Virus record (IMG/VR): IMGVR_UViG_3300009008_000010
Location: 1-64,000 of that record
Length of the DNA: 64,000 nt
Source: a virus
Strand: one strand, 5' to 3'
Each line of letters opens with the position of its first letter. Position 1 is the stretch's first letter. The translations under genes were made by a program, and so were the position numbers. Positions 27,313-37,620 of this stretch are shown here, piece after piece. The notes below the pieces were generated by a model that worked only from the letters and a program-made list of their open reading frames with translations, made no database searches and was not told the DNA's origin.

Positions 27313-29373
27313 ATGACGAAACTAGCAGAACTCACTTCTCAATTTGATCGTCAACGTTTTCTTTCGTTGAATGAAGAGATTTCTTTTGACGAATATTTAG
27401 AGAAGTGTTGGGAGAGACCCAAAACCGTAAGGTCAGCGTACCAAAGAATATATGACATGATAATGTGCGCTGGCACTTCATCTTACAAAAGATACAGGAA
27501 GTCTTATACCTGTTATCACTTTTTCGATGACACAGAAGTGCCTGTGTTTTCTTTAGATGATACCAAGGATCAGTTTGTTAAATTCATTAGAGGGGCCGCA
27601 GGTGGCTTCGGTAGTGAAAAGAGACTACTCCTTCTACATGGCCCAGTAGGCTCAGCTAAGTCTACACTGTGCCGTCTTTTAAAGCGTGGGCTAGAAAGGT
27701 TTTCAAGGACCGACGATGGTGCTTGGTATACCTTCAAGTGGGTTAATTTACCAGAGGAATTGTTTGTTAAGGAACACGATATTTCCCCAATGAATGATGA
27801 GCCTCTGAAGCTGCTCACCCCTGATATAGCCCTGCCTTTCTTGCAAGACCTAAACAAAAGGCTTGTAGAAACTGTTGAAGACACCCGCTTGCATTATGAT
27901 CTTAAATTGGTTGGTTCTTTAAATCCAAGGTGCAAGTTTTACTTAGATGAACTTTTGAGGCTCCATGATGGAGATTTGAACAAAGTTCTTTCAGAACATG
28001 TTAGGGTAATTCGTAGGGTTCACTCTGAAGCAGATCGCACAGGTATCGGAACATTTGCTCCGAAAGACGAGAAAAACCAAGATTCCACTGAATTAAATGG
28101 TGACATTGCTTGGGATAAGATCAGCAAGTATGGTTCGGATTCCGATCCGAGGGCATTTAATTTTGATGGTGAATTCTGTGTGGGTTCTCGTGGTGTTGTA
28201 GAGTGGATTGAGGTCTTAAAACTGCAAAAAGAATTCCTATATGACTTGTTGAGTGCTACCCAAGAACAGTGTATCAAACCTAAAAAGTTCCCTCAGATTG
28301 GCATTGACACCGTTTTAATTGGTCACACCAATAATCCTGAATATAAAAAGCTCCAAGAAGATATTTACATGGAAGCATTCAGGGACAGAACAGTTAAGGT
28401 GGATGTTCCCTATCTGTTGGAAATATCACAAGAGAAGAAGATTTATGACCATGATTATGGCGAAGAGAAGGTTCAACAACATATCGCTCCGCACACTTTG
28501 GAAATGGCTGCTCTTTGGGGAGTTATAACCAGATTGAAGGAATGTGAGGCATGTGATGATCCTATCAAGTTGGCCAAATTATATGATGGTCAAGCACTGC
28601 CCGGTTGGACAGAAGACCGAGTTCGAGAAATTAAAGAGACTAGGGTAGATGAGGGCATGGGTGTGGGCATCAGTGCCCGTTACATCCAAGATGCTCTCTC
28701 TTGTTGCCTTAGCGATCACCACACCTATATCAACCCATTTATGTTGATTAACGAACTGGAACGTCGTCTAAGACACAGTTCGGTCTTTGCAGCAGATAAA
28801 GATTTGCTCAAACACCTGTTAGATTGCATTGATTCTGTTAAAAAGGAATTAGATGAAATTCTTAAAAATGAAGTCAAGAATGCTTTAATTTCTGATGAAA
28901 AAGCCGTTGTTAGACTTTGCACTAATTACATTGATAACTTAATGGCTTATATTGAAGGTTCTAAAGTTACGAATGAGTTCACAGGACGGGAAGAAGAGCC
29001 TAATGAAGCGTTAATGCGGAGTATTGAAGAAAAAATCAGAATCCCCGATACAGGGGCACATGATTTTCGTGTTATGATTCAAGGCTACATTGGCAAGTGT
29101 CACCACTTAAAAGAAGAGTTTACGTGGAAGTCCAATGATGATTTGAAAAGGGCTTTGGAAGCCAAACTGTATGAAGATACCAAGGATCACATTAAGTTGA
29201 GTGCTTTAAATGTCAAAGGTGCTTCAACTGTAGACCCTGACTTGCAAGAAAAGATCGATGTTATTAAGAAGAGGATGATTGAAAAATTTGGATACATCGA
29301 AGAATCTGCCACTGATGTTTTGAATTATGTTGGTAGTATTTTCGCTAGAGGCGAGTTAGCCAAGGAGGAGTAA
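27313..29373 (+). CDS. prkA: PrkA/YeaG family AAA+ ATPase / serine kinase
   Basis: LHGPVGSAKST, PKDEKNQDSTEL, DPRAFNFDGE, HTN.PEY, EAFRDR, IAPHTLE, GISAR, FGY. Confidence 0.92.
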   Translation: MTKLAELTSQFDRQRFLSLNEEISFDEYLEKCWERPKTVRSAYQRIYDMIMCAGTSSYKRYRKSYTCYHFFDDTEVPVFSLDDTKDQFVKFIRGAAGGFGSEKRLLLLHGPVGSAKSTLCRLLKRGLERFSRTDDGAWYTFKWVNLPEELFVKEHDISPMNDEPLKLLTPDIALPFLQDLNKRLVETVEDTRLHYDLKLVGSLNPRCKFYLDELLRLHDGDLNKVLSEHVRVIRRVHSEADRTGIGTFAPKDEKNQDSTELNGDIAWDKISKYGSDSDPRAFNFDGEFCVGSRGVVEWIEVLKLQKEFLYDLLSATQEQCIKPKKFPQIGIDTVLIGHTNNPEYKKLQEDIYMEAFRDRTVKVDVPYLLEISQEKKIYDHDYGEEKVQQHIAPHTLEMAALWGVITRLKECEACDDPIKLAKLYDGQALPGWTEDRVREIKETRVDEGMGVGISARYIQDALSCCLSDHHTYINPFMLINELERRLRHSSVFAADKDLLKHLLDCIDSVKKELDEILKNEVKNALISDEKAVVRLCTNYIDNLMAYIEGSKVTNEFTGREEEPNEALMRSIEEKIRIPDTGAHDFRVMIQGYIGKCHHLKEEFTWKSNDDLKRALEAKLYEDTKDHIKLSALNVKGASTVDPDLQEKIDVIKKRMIEKFGYIEESATDVLNYVGSIFARGELAKEE

Positions 29374-29377
29374 GGAA

Positions 29378-29647
29378 GTGGAAGTGAGCGACAATCAAAT
29401 GTTGTTTGATTGGGCTTATACTCAATATACCTGTGAGCCTATTGTGCTTTCGTTGGTCACATTAGGCAAAACAGTGTATGAAGTAAATATAAGCCCCACT
29501 ATTGCGCGTAAAGTGTTGGAATGGTATTTCAATAATTACGTTGACGAAATCAAGGATGAGGATTGGAGTGATAGTCTCCTTTGTCAAGCACTAGAGGAGT
29601 TCACACAAGAACACACCGATACAGGTCTAACAAAGGTAAATAAATGA
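29378..29647 (+). CDS. Hypothetical protein inserted in the prkA operon
   Basis: AGGAG SD; coupled to both neighbours. Confidence 0.6.
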   Translation: MEVSDNQMLFDWAYTQYTCEPIVLSLVTLGKTVYEVNISPTIARKVLEWYFNNYVDEIKDEDWSDSLLCQALEEFTQEHTDTGLTKVNK

Positions 29648-30855
29648 CACGTCGTATTGATGCAGATCATAAATATTTCCGAAAGGTAATAGAAAGAAAA
29701 GTTCGCAAGTCGTTAGACAGATATATCGACAAGGGCAGCATTTTTCGCAACAAGCCAAAAGGCGGCAAAATAGTTATTCCTATTGATCAAATTCACCAGC
29801 CTAAATTGGTTTATGGTGATAATAAAATAGGCGTAGGCCGTGGTCCTGGTAATAAAGGGGATGTGATTAGGCGTGATCCTCAACAGGGCAAAGGTGGAAA
29901 TCAAGCAGGCGAAGAACATGCGGACGGTGTGGAGGTCGTTGTCGATTTGGATGCTGTCTTGCGAGCTATTGGGGAAGATTTAGAACTTCCCAACTTGAAG
30001 CCCAAGGAAAGCAATCTTGAAGAAATAGAATATAAATATTGCAGCATTTCTAAAACAGGCCCTAATTCTCTTAGGCACACTAGAAAAACTCTCATGCAGG
30101 CACTCAAACGCAGGATTATGAGTGGTGAAGATGATGTTTTATATCAACTGCCTGGATTCCGCGAGTCGGTGCAATTAATTAGTCCCATTAGTGAAGATTT
30201 TAGATATAGACAGTATAAGGAGTTTCGGAAACCTGTTAGCAATGCTGTCATATTTTTTGCTAGGGATTGTTCGGGGTCTATGGGTGATGCCAAATGTGAG
30301 ATTGTGTCTGATATATCTTGGTGGCTTGATTTGTGGATACGCAGGTTTTATAAAAGAACAGAGAGAATCTATACAATCCACGATACTGAGGCTGAAATCT
30401 GTGACGAGGATAAATTCTATAGATACCGTCATGGAGGCGGGACAAGGTGTTCATCATCCTTGAAATTAATAAATCAAGAAATCAAAAATAGGTTCCCGCC
30501 CCACAAGTGGAATATTTATTTGTTTTACTTCAGTGATGGGGATAACATAGACCATGATAATGCAGAGTTCTGTCGTGTTTTAAAAGAAGACCTGACGCCC
30601 CAAATTGTTAATTTAACTGGTATTACTCAGGTCTTGTGTTGGAATTACAAATTTAGTCTTAAAAAGTCAATAGACACAGAATTAAGTTCTGGAGGTTTAA
30701 GGCCAGAGTTTGTTAGGACTGTCAGTGTGGGTTCTGAAGAAGAGAAGAAAGGCTATTCAATCTCAGGTGGCACTTTAACGGATGAACAGCGAGACCAATA
30801 CACAAAAAGAGTTTTAAAATCCCTACTAGGCAAGCTAGAAAAAGCAGGTAAATAA
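29644..30855 (+). CDS. yeaH: YeaH/YhbH (DUF444) vWA-domain protein
   Basis: LELPNLKPK, DFRYR, DCSGSM MIDAS motif, GGTRCSS, WNIYLFYFSDGDN. Confidence 0.9.
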   Translation: MTRRIDADHKYFRKVIERKVRKSLDRYIDKGSIFRNKPKGGKIVIPIDQIHQPKLVYGDNKIGVGRGPGNKGDVIRRDPQQGKGGNQAGEEHADGVEVVVDLDAVLRAIGEDLELPNLKPKESNLEEIEYKYCSISKTGPNSLRHTRKTLMQALKRRIMSGEDDVLYQLPGFRESVQLISPISEDFRYRQYKEFRKPVSNAVIFFARDCSGSMGDAKCEIVSDISWWLDLWIRRFYKRTERIYTIHDTEAEICDEDKFYRYRHGGGTRCSSSLKLINQEIKNRFPPHKWNIYLFYFSDGDNIDHDNAEFCRVLKEDLTPQIVNLTGITQVLCWNYKFSLKKSIDTELSSGGLRPEFVRTVSVGSEEEKKGYSISGGTLTDEQRDQYTKRVLKSLLGKLEKAGK

Positions 30856-32432
30856 TGGTTTCTAAAGTTTTTGCGGGATCGCCAACATTAGAAGGCGACA
30901 ATACGGTTCCTGGCGCATCAATGCCAGAAGAGCTTAAGGCTGTAATCCCTCAAATTTTTCAAGCTGTAAGGGATTACGGTTGTGATTTTTACCCCACCAT
31001 CATCGAGATGTTGAGAGATGATGAAATCAGTGAGATTGTGGCTTATAACGGATTCCCTGTTCGTTACCATCACTGGTCGTTTGGGGCAACTTATGAAGAA
31101 ATGCAGATAAGCTATGAGCTTGCCATCAGGCGTGTCAGTGAGCTTGTCATTAACACAGACCCTTGTTTTATTTATTGTTTGAGCAGCAACACCCTTATAG
31201 ACAACATAACCTGTGTATCGCACGCTCTGGGCCATAACGACTTTTTTAAAAATAACATACACTTCCAACACACCGACCGTAACGCCATGAATCGGTTGGC
31301 TAATAATGGCAGTCGTATTAATGAGTATATGGATAGGTGGGGGCGAGAGCGAGTAACGGCTTTTATAGATTGTGTTATGAGGCTGAACACCCTTGTCGAT
31401 CCTGTTAAAGGGTATAAAAGAGTTAGGCAAAAGCCTTTACAGAAAATCAAGGATGAAAGAAAGTATTACGAACCCAGAAGGCTGAAGGTTGATGAAGACC
31501 ATATGGAAAAGTGGATAAACCCGGAAGGTTGGGTTGAACATGAACATGAAATAATTAGAGATAAAGAGGCGGCAGATAACATAGATTTATTTGAGGAGCC
31601 TACTCGTGATGTTTTAGGATTTTTGAGGGATAATGCCCCATTGAAGAATTGGCAGGCAGATATTTTGTCTATGCTCTATGATGAGGCTCTTTATTTTTAC
31701 CCTCAAAGGAAGACTAAGATGGCTAACGAGGGTTGGGCTTCAAAGATTGATTATGAATTGATGGCAAAGCAAGGTCTTGTTGATTTAGGCCCAGGGGGCA
31801 TAGTTGAATATGCCAAGGATAAAATGGGTGTTCTGGGAGGAAAATACTCCATGAACCCCTACAAGCTAGGTTTTTGTTTATTTAATGATATTGAGGATAG
31901 GTGGAACAAGGGGAAATTCGGTCCAGAGTGGGCGAAGTGCCCCATACCAGATAAAAAAGATTGGGATAAAAAGCTAGGCTTAGGCAAAGATAAGATTTTT
32001 GAAGTTCGCCAGTTTTATGATGATTACATGATGATCAATGATTTCTTCACCGAGGACTTTTGTAACGAAAATGAATTTTTCGAGTGGGAGAAGAACGCTA
32101 AGGGCGAATACGTGATAGCTAGTAGGGATCATAGTGTAATTAAAAACAAGTTGCTGAGACATTATCTGAATCGTGGTCTCCCTGACATAAGGCTTGCCGA
32201 CCCTAATTTCAGGGGCAGGGGGCAGTTTTTATTGGAGCATGTTTGGGAAGGTCGAGAATTGTATCATCCTTATATGAAAGCAGTGCTTACATCTGTTAGG
32301 ACACTGTGGAATGATGCTGTGTTTTTGGCTACTAGAGATGCTGATGGCGAGGAAATAGTTTGCATGTGTGATTCGGATAATGAAGATGATGTAGAAATTA
32401 TTAGTAGAGAAAAGTTTGAAAAGGATTGGTAG
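30855..32432 (+). CDS. spoVR: SpoVR/YcgB family protein
   Basis: GFPVRYHHWSFG, ELVINTDPC, HALGHNDFFKNN, YFYPQRKTKMANEGWAS, NPYKLG. Confidence 0.92.
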   Translation: MVSKVFAGSPTLEGDNTVPGASMPEELKAVIPQIFQAVRDYGCDFYPTIIEMLRDDEISEIVAYNGFPVRYHHWSFGATYEEMQISYELAIRRVSELVINTDPCFIYCLSSNTLIDNITCVSHALGHNDFFKNNIHFQHTDRNAMNRLANNGSRINEYMDRWGRERVTAFIDCVMRLNTLVDPVKGYKRVRQKPLQKIKDERKYYEPRRLKVDEDHMEKWINPEGWVEHEHEIIRDKEAADNIDLFEEPTRDVLGFLRDNAPLKNWQADILSMLYDEALYFYPQRKTKMANEGWASKIDYELMAKQGLVDLGPGGIVEYAKDKMGVLGGKYSMNPYKLGFCLFNDIEDRWNKGKFGPEWAKCPIPDKKDWDKKLGLGKDKIFEVRQFYDDYMMINDFFTEDFCNENEFFEWEKNAKGEYVIASRDHSVIKNKLLRHYLNRGLPDIRLADPNFRGRGQFLLEHVWEGRELYHPYMKAVLTSVRTLWNDAVFLATRDADGEEIVCMCDSDNEDDVEIISREKFEKDW

Positions 32433-32485
32433 AATTGGGCGGGTTTCTTTCGATTAAATAGGGTCACATATAATAAGGATTTCAA

Positions 32486-33205
32486 ATGGTACGCAACCAA
32501 AGTCAAGCTGCCGCTAAAAAGAGAAAAGAACAGCTTGAGCAAATCTTGTCAGATTTGCACAATTTAAACTGTAATCTATACACTCGTGAAGTATACATGC
32601 ATGGTTATTACAATGACTATGACGAGCCGGGTGTAGAATACCGCATGGCAACTACTTTCGAGAAGAACATAAGACTCCTCGATCAACAAGACCAAACTAA
32701 TATTTTGGTTCACATGCACACTTTTGGCGGTGAGTGGAATGATGGCATGGCTATGTATGACATCATTAGATTCGTAAAGTCTCCGGTCACAATTATCGGG
32801 TATTCTTGGGCAAGGTCTATGTCCAGTATAATTCCACAAGCAGCAGATTTAAGAATCCTTTTACCAGATTGTGATTTTATGGTGCATTATGGGTGGTATG
32901 GTGAGGAGAATCAATGGACTGCTGCAATGTCATCTATGGAATATGCTAAAAGATCAGAGGAAAGGATGTTGCGTGTTTATGCGAAAAGATGTATAAATGG
33001 AGAATACTTTCAAAATCGTTATAAGTCTCTCACCGAAGAGAAGGTGATGGAGTTTTTAGATAAAAAGATGAGAGAGAGAGGGGACTGGTGGATTGGCTCA
33101 GAAGAAGCCGTCTATTATGGTTTTGCAGACGGAGTTCTGGGTCAGCCAGGATTTGAAACGTTCGAGAAAACCAGAATTAAGAAAAAGGTGAAACTAGAGC
33201 TATGA
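32486..33205 (+). CDS. clpP: ClpP-like serine protease
   Basis: TFGGEWNDGMAMYD, ARSMSS (catalytic Ser), FMVH (His), ERGD (Asp), EEAVYYGFAD. Confidence 0.85.
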   Translation: MVRNQSQAAAKKRKEQLEQILSDLHNLNCNLYTREVYMHGYYNDYDEPGVEYRMATTFEKNIRLLDQQDQTNILVHMHTFGGEWNDGMAMYDIIRFVKSPVTIIGYSWARSMSSIIPQAADLRILLPDCDFMVHYGWYGEENQWTAAMSSMEYAKRSEERMLRVYAKRCINGEYFQNRYKSLTEEKVMEFLDKKMRERGDWWIGSEEAVYYGFADGVLGQPGFETFEKTRIKKKVKLEL

Positions 33206-33456
33206 CAGAAGGTGAACTACTACTGACAGACGAATTCCTACAGTTTTCCGGGGACATTGCAGCACTTATCCAAGAAAAGAAAACCCTCAAAGACGATTTT
33301 AAGAAAGTCTATGAGGAGTTTCAAACCAAACTCAAATCGGTAGATCAAAAAGCTGATAAACGATCTAAAGAGTTTGATGAGTGGAAGAAATCTAAAACTA
33401 AAGATCCTGTGCCGCACATGGAAGAACCTCCTAAATCCAAGACGGGTAAAAAGTGA
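33202..33456 (+). CDS. Hypothetical coiled-coil protein
   Basis: Coupled to neighbours by 4-nt overlaps. Confidence 0.65.
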   Translation: MTEGELLLTDEFLQFSGDIAALIQEKKTLKDDFKKVYEEFQTKLKSVDQKADKRSKEFDEWKKSKTKDPVPHMEEPPKSKTGKK

Positions 33457-34844
33457 AACACGAAATTTGTGGCGTTGAGCATCTTCACAGGCACACCCAT
33501 TTCAGTCTCCTAGACGGGTATGCGCATCCTGAAGAATATGCAGCCTATTCTAAATTGGTGAATCAACAATTCTTGTGCATTTCGGATCACGGGCAGATGG
33601 GGGCAATCCCTCGTCAAATAGCCACCTGTGAGAAAAACAGCGTGCATCCGATATTTGCGTGTGAACTGTATGTAAACCCCCTACAGCCAGCTTGTCGAAA
33701 TAACGATGAATATAAAAAATTCATGGATGACCTGGATGAAGAACAAAAGCGTATTCTTAAAAAGAGCTTCCATCTATTAGCCATAGCTCATAGCGATGAA
33801 GGTTATAAAAATCTCGTTAATCTGAGTTCATGGGCGTGGGTTAATGGTAAGGGCGGTCGCCCCAGAAGGCCCCGTGTGAACCATGAACAGCTTCTTAAAT
33901 ATAAAGAAGGTATCACGTTTAGCTCGGCCTGCTACAACAGTGAAATAGCTCAGGCTTTTGATGGTTTCTATGGTGGAAATGAGAATCGTGAAGCCGGTTT
34001 CGAGATGCTTGAAAAATATCTGGCGATGTTTGGAGAGCATTTTTTCTTAGAACTCATGCTTCTTGATTTTAAATCTCAAAAGCCTTATGATAAGTTCCTA
34101 GTTGAAGCTCATGCTAAATATGGCACTCCCGTAGTTCTTACAAATGATTGCCATTATTGCTTTCAAGATGATTCTAAAATGCAAAGATACTCCTTGATGA
34201 TCCAGACTGGAAAAACAATCAAGGAGATTACAGAGGTTCTGTCTCAAAACCCAGATGCGGATATGTTTGAACTTCAAGACACAAACCTCTGGATGAAGTC
34301 TGAAGATGAAATTAACGCTATGTGGGAAGCTAATTATATGGATACTGTCCCATATGAGATTTTTAAAGAAGCTAAAAGGAATAGTGTTAGAATATGCGAA
34401 AACGCTAAGGGAGTAGAACTGGATCGTAGTATGAAGTTGCCGGATTATCCTGATGCTGATGCTAAATTCAAAGAAGCTATAGGAATAGGCTTTAAAGAAA
34501 GAGGGCTTCCTCCCAACAGAACATACCTTGGTAGAATCAAAGAAGAATACGCATTGATTTGCAGGAAAGGCTTTTCTAGTTATTTCTTAATTCAAAAAGA
34601 AATGGTTGATGAAGCTAGAAGAATTTGTCCTGAAATCTTAGGTTGGGGCAACGGCTGTGAAGCCGTTGGACCGGGGCGCGGTAGTGCGGTTGGTGCTTTG
34701 GTTTGTTATTGTTTAGGAATTACAGACGTAGATCCTATAAAACATGACCTGCTGTTTTCTCGTTTCTTAAGTGAATCTAGGGGCGGTAAGCAGATGAAAC
34801 TTAGATTTGTGAATGTAGATCCAATTTTAGAAGGAGCGGCTTGA
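33453..34844 (+). CDS. dnaE: DNA polymerase III alpha, N-terminal part (PHP domain plus first half of the palm)
   Basis: HLHRHTHFSLLDG, SDHG, GYKNL, SAC, TNDCHY, GFSSYFL, GPGRGSAVG, LLFSRFL; stops just before the PDIDxD motif. Confidence 0.9.
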   Translation: MKHEICGVEHLHRHTHFSLLDGYAHPEEYAAYSKLVNQQFLCISDHGQMGAIPRQIATCEKNSVHPIFACELYVNPLQPACRNNDEYKKFMDDLDEEQKRILKKSFHLLAIAHSDEGYKNLVNLSSWAWVNGKGGRPRRPRVNHEQLLKYKEGITFSSACYNSEIAQAFDGFYGGNENREAGFEMLEKYLAMFGEHFFLELMLLDFKSQKPYDKFLVEAHAKYGTPVVLTNDCHYCFQDDSKMQRYSLMIQTGKTIKEITEVLSQNPDADMFELQDTNLWMKSEDEINAMWEANYMDTVPYEIFKEAKRNSVRICENAKGVELDRSMKLPDYPDADAKFKEAIGIGFKERGLPPNRTYLGRIKEEYALICRKGFSSYFLIQKEMVDEARRICPEILGWGNGCEAVGPGRGSAVGALVCYCLGITDVDPIKHDLLFSRFLSESRGGKQMKLRFVNVDPILEGAA

Positions 34845-35902
34845 TGGCCAGTAATGAAGACAAGGAATTGTTGGGAATTTTAAAAACCATGAATGATGGG
34901 TTTGATCAACATATGAACTCGAAACCTCAAGCATGTGGAGAAGCGGTGGCAGAGGAACCACGAGCTAACGACATATTTTCGGGTGCTTTGGTTCAATGGA
35001 CTACAGGCGACGGAAAGGTTTATTTTCCTGCGGGAGAAACCACCCAAAATCTTACTCCAGGTGTTTATGAGATTGGACATTGTGAAAGAGGGATTTATTT
35101 TCAGAGAATACCTGTTAAGACCGAAGGTTTAATTCATTTTCCTCAAACTAATATGGAGAAAGTGGTCGAGGAGATACAAACTTTTTGGTCGAAGGAAGAT
35201 AAGTTTCGTGAGTATGAATTGACATACAAACGAGGCATTATTCTCTGGGGGCCTCCTGGTAGTGGTAAAAGCTGCACGGTTCAGTTGATTATCAAAGATG
35301 TAATTGATCGTGGCGGTGTGGTGATTAAATTCACCCAACCAGCTTTGTTTATGCAGGGCATGAGGGATTTGAGAGAAATACAAACGGACTCCCCTGTGGT
35401 TGTTCTAATGGAAGATATTGATTCTATTTTAGAACATTATAGCGAGAGTATGGTTCTTAATATTTTAGATGGCGTTGATGAAGTAGATAAGGCTGTGTTC
35501 TTGGCGACTACCAATTATCCAGAAAGATTAGGAGCCAGGATTATTAATCGTCCTAGCCGTTTTGATAAGCGATTCAAGATAGGCCATCCCAACAAAGAGT
35601 CTCGACGCCTCTATTTTGAACACATAATTGGTGGTAAAAATAAGACTACAGTTCAAGAGTTTCAAGAGAGGTTTGGTGTTGATCTTGATCAATGGGTGGA
35701 TGATACCAAAGGTTTTTCTATTGCTCACTTGAAAGAATTGTTTGTTGCGGTTTGTATTTTGGGGGATAATTATAGTGATGCTATCGAAACTCTTGAAACC
35801 ATGAGAGAGCAGGTTATGGCTGAGAAGGAATTCGATTCACCCCATATGGGATTCGAGCAAAAAGCCTGCACGAAGAAAACAAGATACAATGAGTTTGAAT
35901 GA
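34841..35902 (+). CDS. AAA+ ATPase (single domain, BCS1/FtsH-like, no protease domain)
   Basis: KRGIILWGPPGSGKS, MEDID, LNILDG, TTNYPERL..RPSRFD. Confidence 0.9.
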   Translation: MMASNEDKELLGILKTMNDGFDQHMNSKPQACGEAVAEEPRANDIFSGALVQWTTGDGKVYFPAGETTQNLTPGVYEIGHCERGIYFQRIPVKTEGLIHFPQTNMEKVVEEIQTFWSKEDKFREYELTYKRGIILWGPPGSGKSCTVQLIIKDVIDRGGVVIKFTQPALFMQGMRDLREIQTDSPVVVLMEDIDSILEHYSESMVLNILDGVDEVDKAVFLATTNYPERLGARIINRPSRFDKRFKIGHPNKESRRLYFEHIIGGKNKTTVQEFQERFGVDLDQWVDDTKGFSIAHLKELFVAVCILGDNYSDAIETLETMREQVMAEKEFDSPHMGFEQKACTKKTRYNEFE

Positions 35903-36503
35903 AGTTTGGCACAAAGTATCTGTAATAACGCCCACCTGGAAGCGTCATAGGTTTTTACTAAACCTTACTCAAAATATGTTGGCCCAGGTGGGCGTTGAGT
36001 TTGAACACATCATTGTCTCAGATGGTTATGATGATGTTGCTAGGAGTGTCTGTGAATCTTATGGTTCAAAAGCCACCTACCCAGTTACATATGATGAAAT
36101 AGAGCATAAGGGTCACTATGGCGATTATGCTCGCACCAGAGGGTTAGAATTAGCCAAGGGTGAATATGTAATTTTCTTTGACGATGATAATGCCTATTTT
36201 CCACATGCTGTTACGACCTTATACGCAGCAGCGTGTAATCACGATATTGGAATAGCTCTTATTGAGCATTGGGATTTTCAAAGTCCCAACAAGCAGATCA
36301 TAGGCAGTCAGATTGCATACGGCCAAATTGATACCGCTTGTTATTGTGTTCGCAAAAGCCGTGCAGTTCCTTGGACGGGATTTACAGAAAATGGTGTTGG
36401 CACGGATTATCATTGGATTGAGCTAGTAAGCACTGGAGCCAATGTAAATCTTGTCCCAATAGTAATTGCCAGCCATCTTATTGAGAAACAACACCCTGTC
36501 TAA
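35889..36503 (+). CDS. Glycosyltransferase family 2
   Basis: VSVITPTWKR, IIVSDG, RTRGL..AKGEYVIFFDDDN. Confidence 0.88.
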   Translation: MSLNEVWHKVSVITPTWKRHRFLLNLTQNMLAQVGVEFEHIIVSDGYDDVARSVCESYGSKATYPVTYDEIEHKGHYGDYARTRGLELAKGEYVIFFDDDNAYFPHAVTTLYAAACNHDIGIALIEHWDFQSPNKQIIGSQIAYGQIDTACYCVRKSRAVPWTGFTENGVGTDYHWIELVSTGANVNLVPIVIASHLIEKQHPV

Positions 36504-36514
36504 TAAATACCAGT

Positions 36515-37195
36515 ATGAAAGTGAAGGACTACATATTGGTTGGCACAATGGTTGCCATTATCTTGGGTGCTGTTCTGTGGAGAGATTTTCGCAATCACTT
36601 TCCACATAAAGAGGAAAATCTTCTTTCTGATTTTCCTGTCTTAAAGCAACCTGATGGTATAAGCTGTGGGCCTACGTCTGCGGCTATGGCTCTTAATTAT
36701 TTGGGGCGAGAGGCAACAATAGAGGGTTTGAAGAGCAAGGCTAAAACCACTTGGTATAAATCGGGAGACACAGAGATAGGGATGACTGCCCCAGATGTTT
36801 TGGCGAAAGCTATTCCAGGTAAGTTGAAAACCGGCAGTTTAGATGAAATAAAATATCACATTGATCAAAACAAACCTGTAATTGTTTTACTTCGCAGTGG
36901 TCAAACAACGTGGCATTATGTTGTGGTGATTGGATATACTGAAGATAATATCACAATGGCCGACCCAGCAGGATATATTCACTCTAAAGAAAATGATATG
37001 TTTTTAAGTGCTTGGAATTTCTCTACAGATATGTCTGGAAATGAAGTCGCTGAATCTTGTCCTATGTGTGGCGGTGATGGGGAAATAGGAATAGCTGCTT
37101 GTGAAGTGTGCAATGAAGGCCGAGTTGATCTTATTCTTATGGCTTTTATTTTAACCGAAATCAAGCCTTACACCATGATTATTGTTTCAATTTAA
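36515..37195 (+). CDS. Membrane-anchored C39-like cysteine peptidase
   Basis: TM helix; QPDGISCGP (Q/C), HYVVVIGY (H), ADP (D); ATAAATA at 36503. Confidence 0.8.
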   Translation: MKVKDYILVGTMVAIILGAVLWRDFRNHFPHKEENLLSDFPVLKQPDGISCGPTSAAMALNYLGREATIEGLKSKAKTTWYKSGDTEIGMTAPDVLAKAIPGKLKTGSLDEIKYHIDQNKPVIVLLRSGQTTWHYVVVIGYTEDNITMADPAGYIHSKENDMFLSAWNFSTDMSGNEVAESCPMCGGDGEIGIAACEVCNEGRVDLILMAFILTEIKPYTMIIVSI

Positions 37196-37595
37196 CGCTT
37201 CTGACATTTTCGTTGTTTTGCAACAATTCAAGTAGTGTTGATCTGTTTTTGCGCGTAGACATTTTGACTTCATAAATTCCGCCTTGCTTGTGTTCAACAG
37301 ACACAATTTGCCCTCCGCTATTTTCTATCGTTGTTGGAATTGCTTGAGGATCGACAACATCTACAACAACTGTAATTTGTTCAACTGACATTGTGTTGTA
37401 GGTCATTATTCCGACACCGCCCAAGCATACAGCCAGAAGCATGATGCCTATATTAAGAGGAAAGCGCGATCTCTTTCTCTTGATGACAATTCTTCCCATG
37501 TCAACAACCCCCATGTCAGGGTATTCTTCGCCTTCGTCTCTTGCAGATTGCAAATTTCCCGGCAAATCTCTGAGTGGCATTGGTTTTTTATTCAT
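37179..37595 (-). CDS. Single-TM hypothetical protein
   Basis: GGAG SD; one hydrophobic segment. Confidence 0.6.
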   Translation of the reverse strand: MNKKPMPLRDLPGNLQSARDEGEEYPDMGVVDMGRIVIKRKRSRFPLNIGIMLLAVCLGGVGIMTYNTMSVEQITVVVDVVDPQAIPTTIENSGGQIVSVEHKQGGIYEVKMSTRKNRSTLLELLQNNENVRSVKLKQ

Positions 37596-37620
37596 TTTAT
37601 CTCCGTTTCAATCCTTTAAG

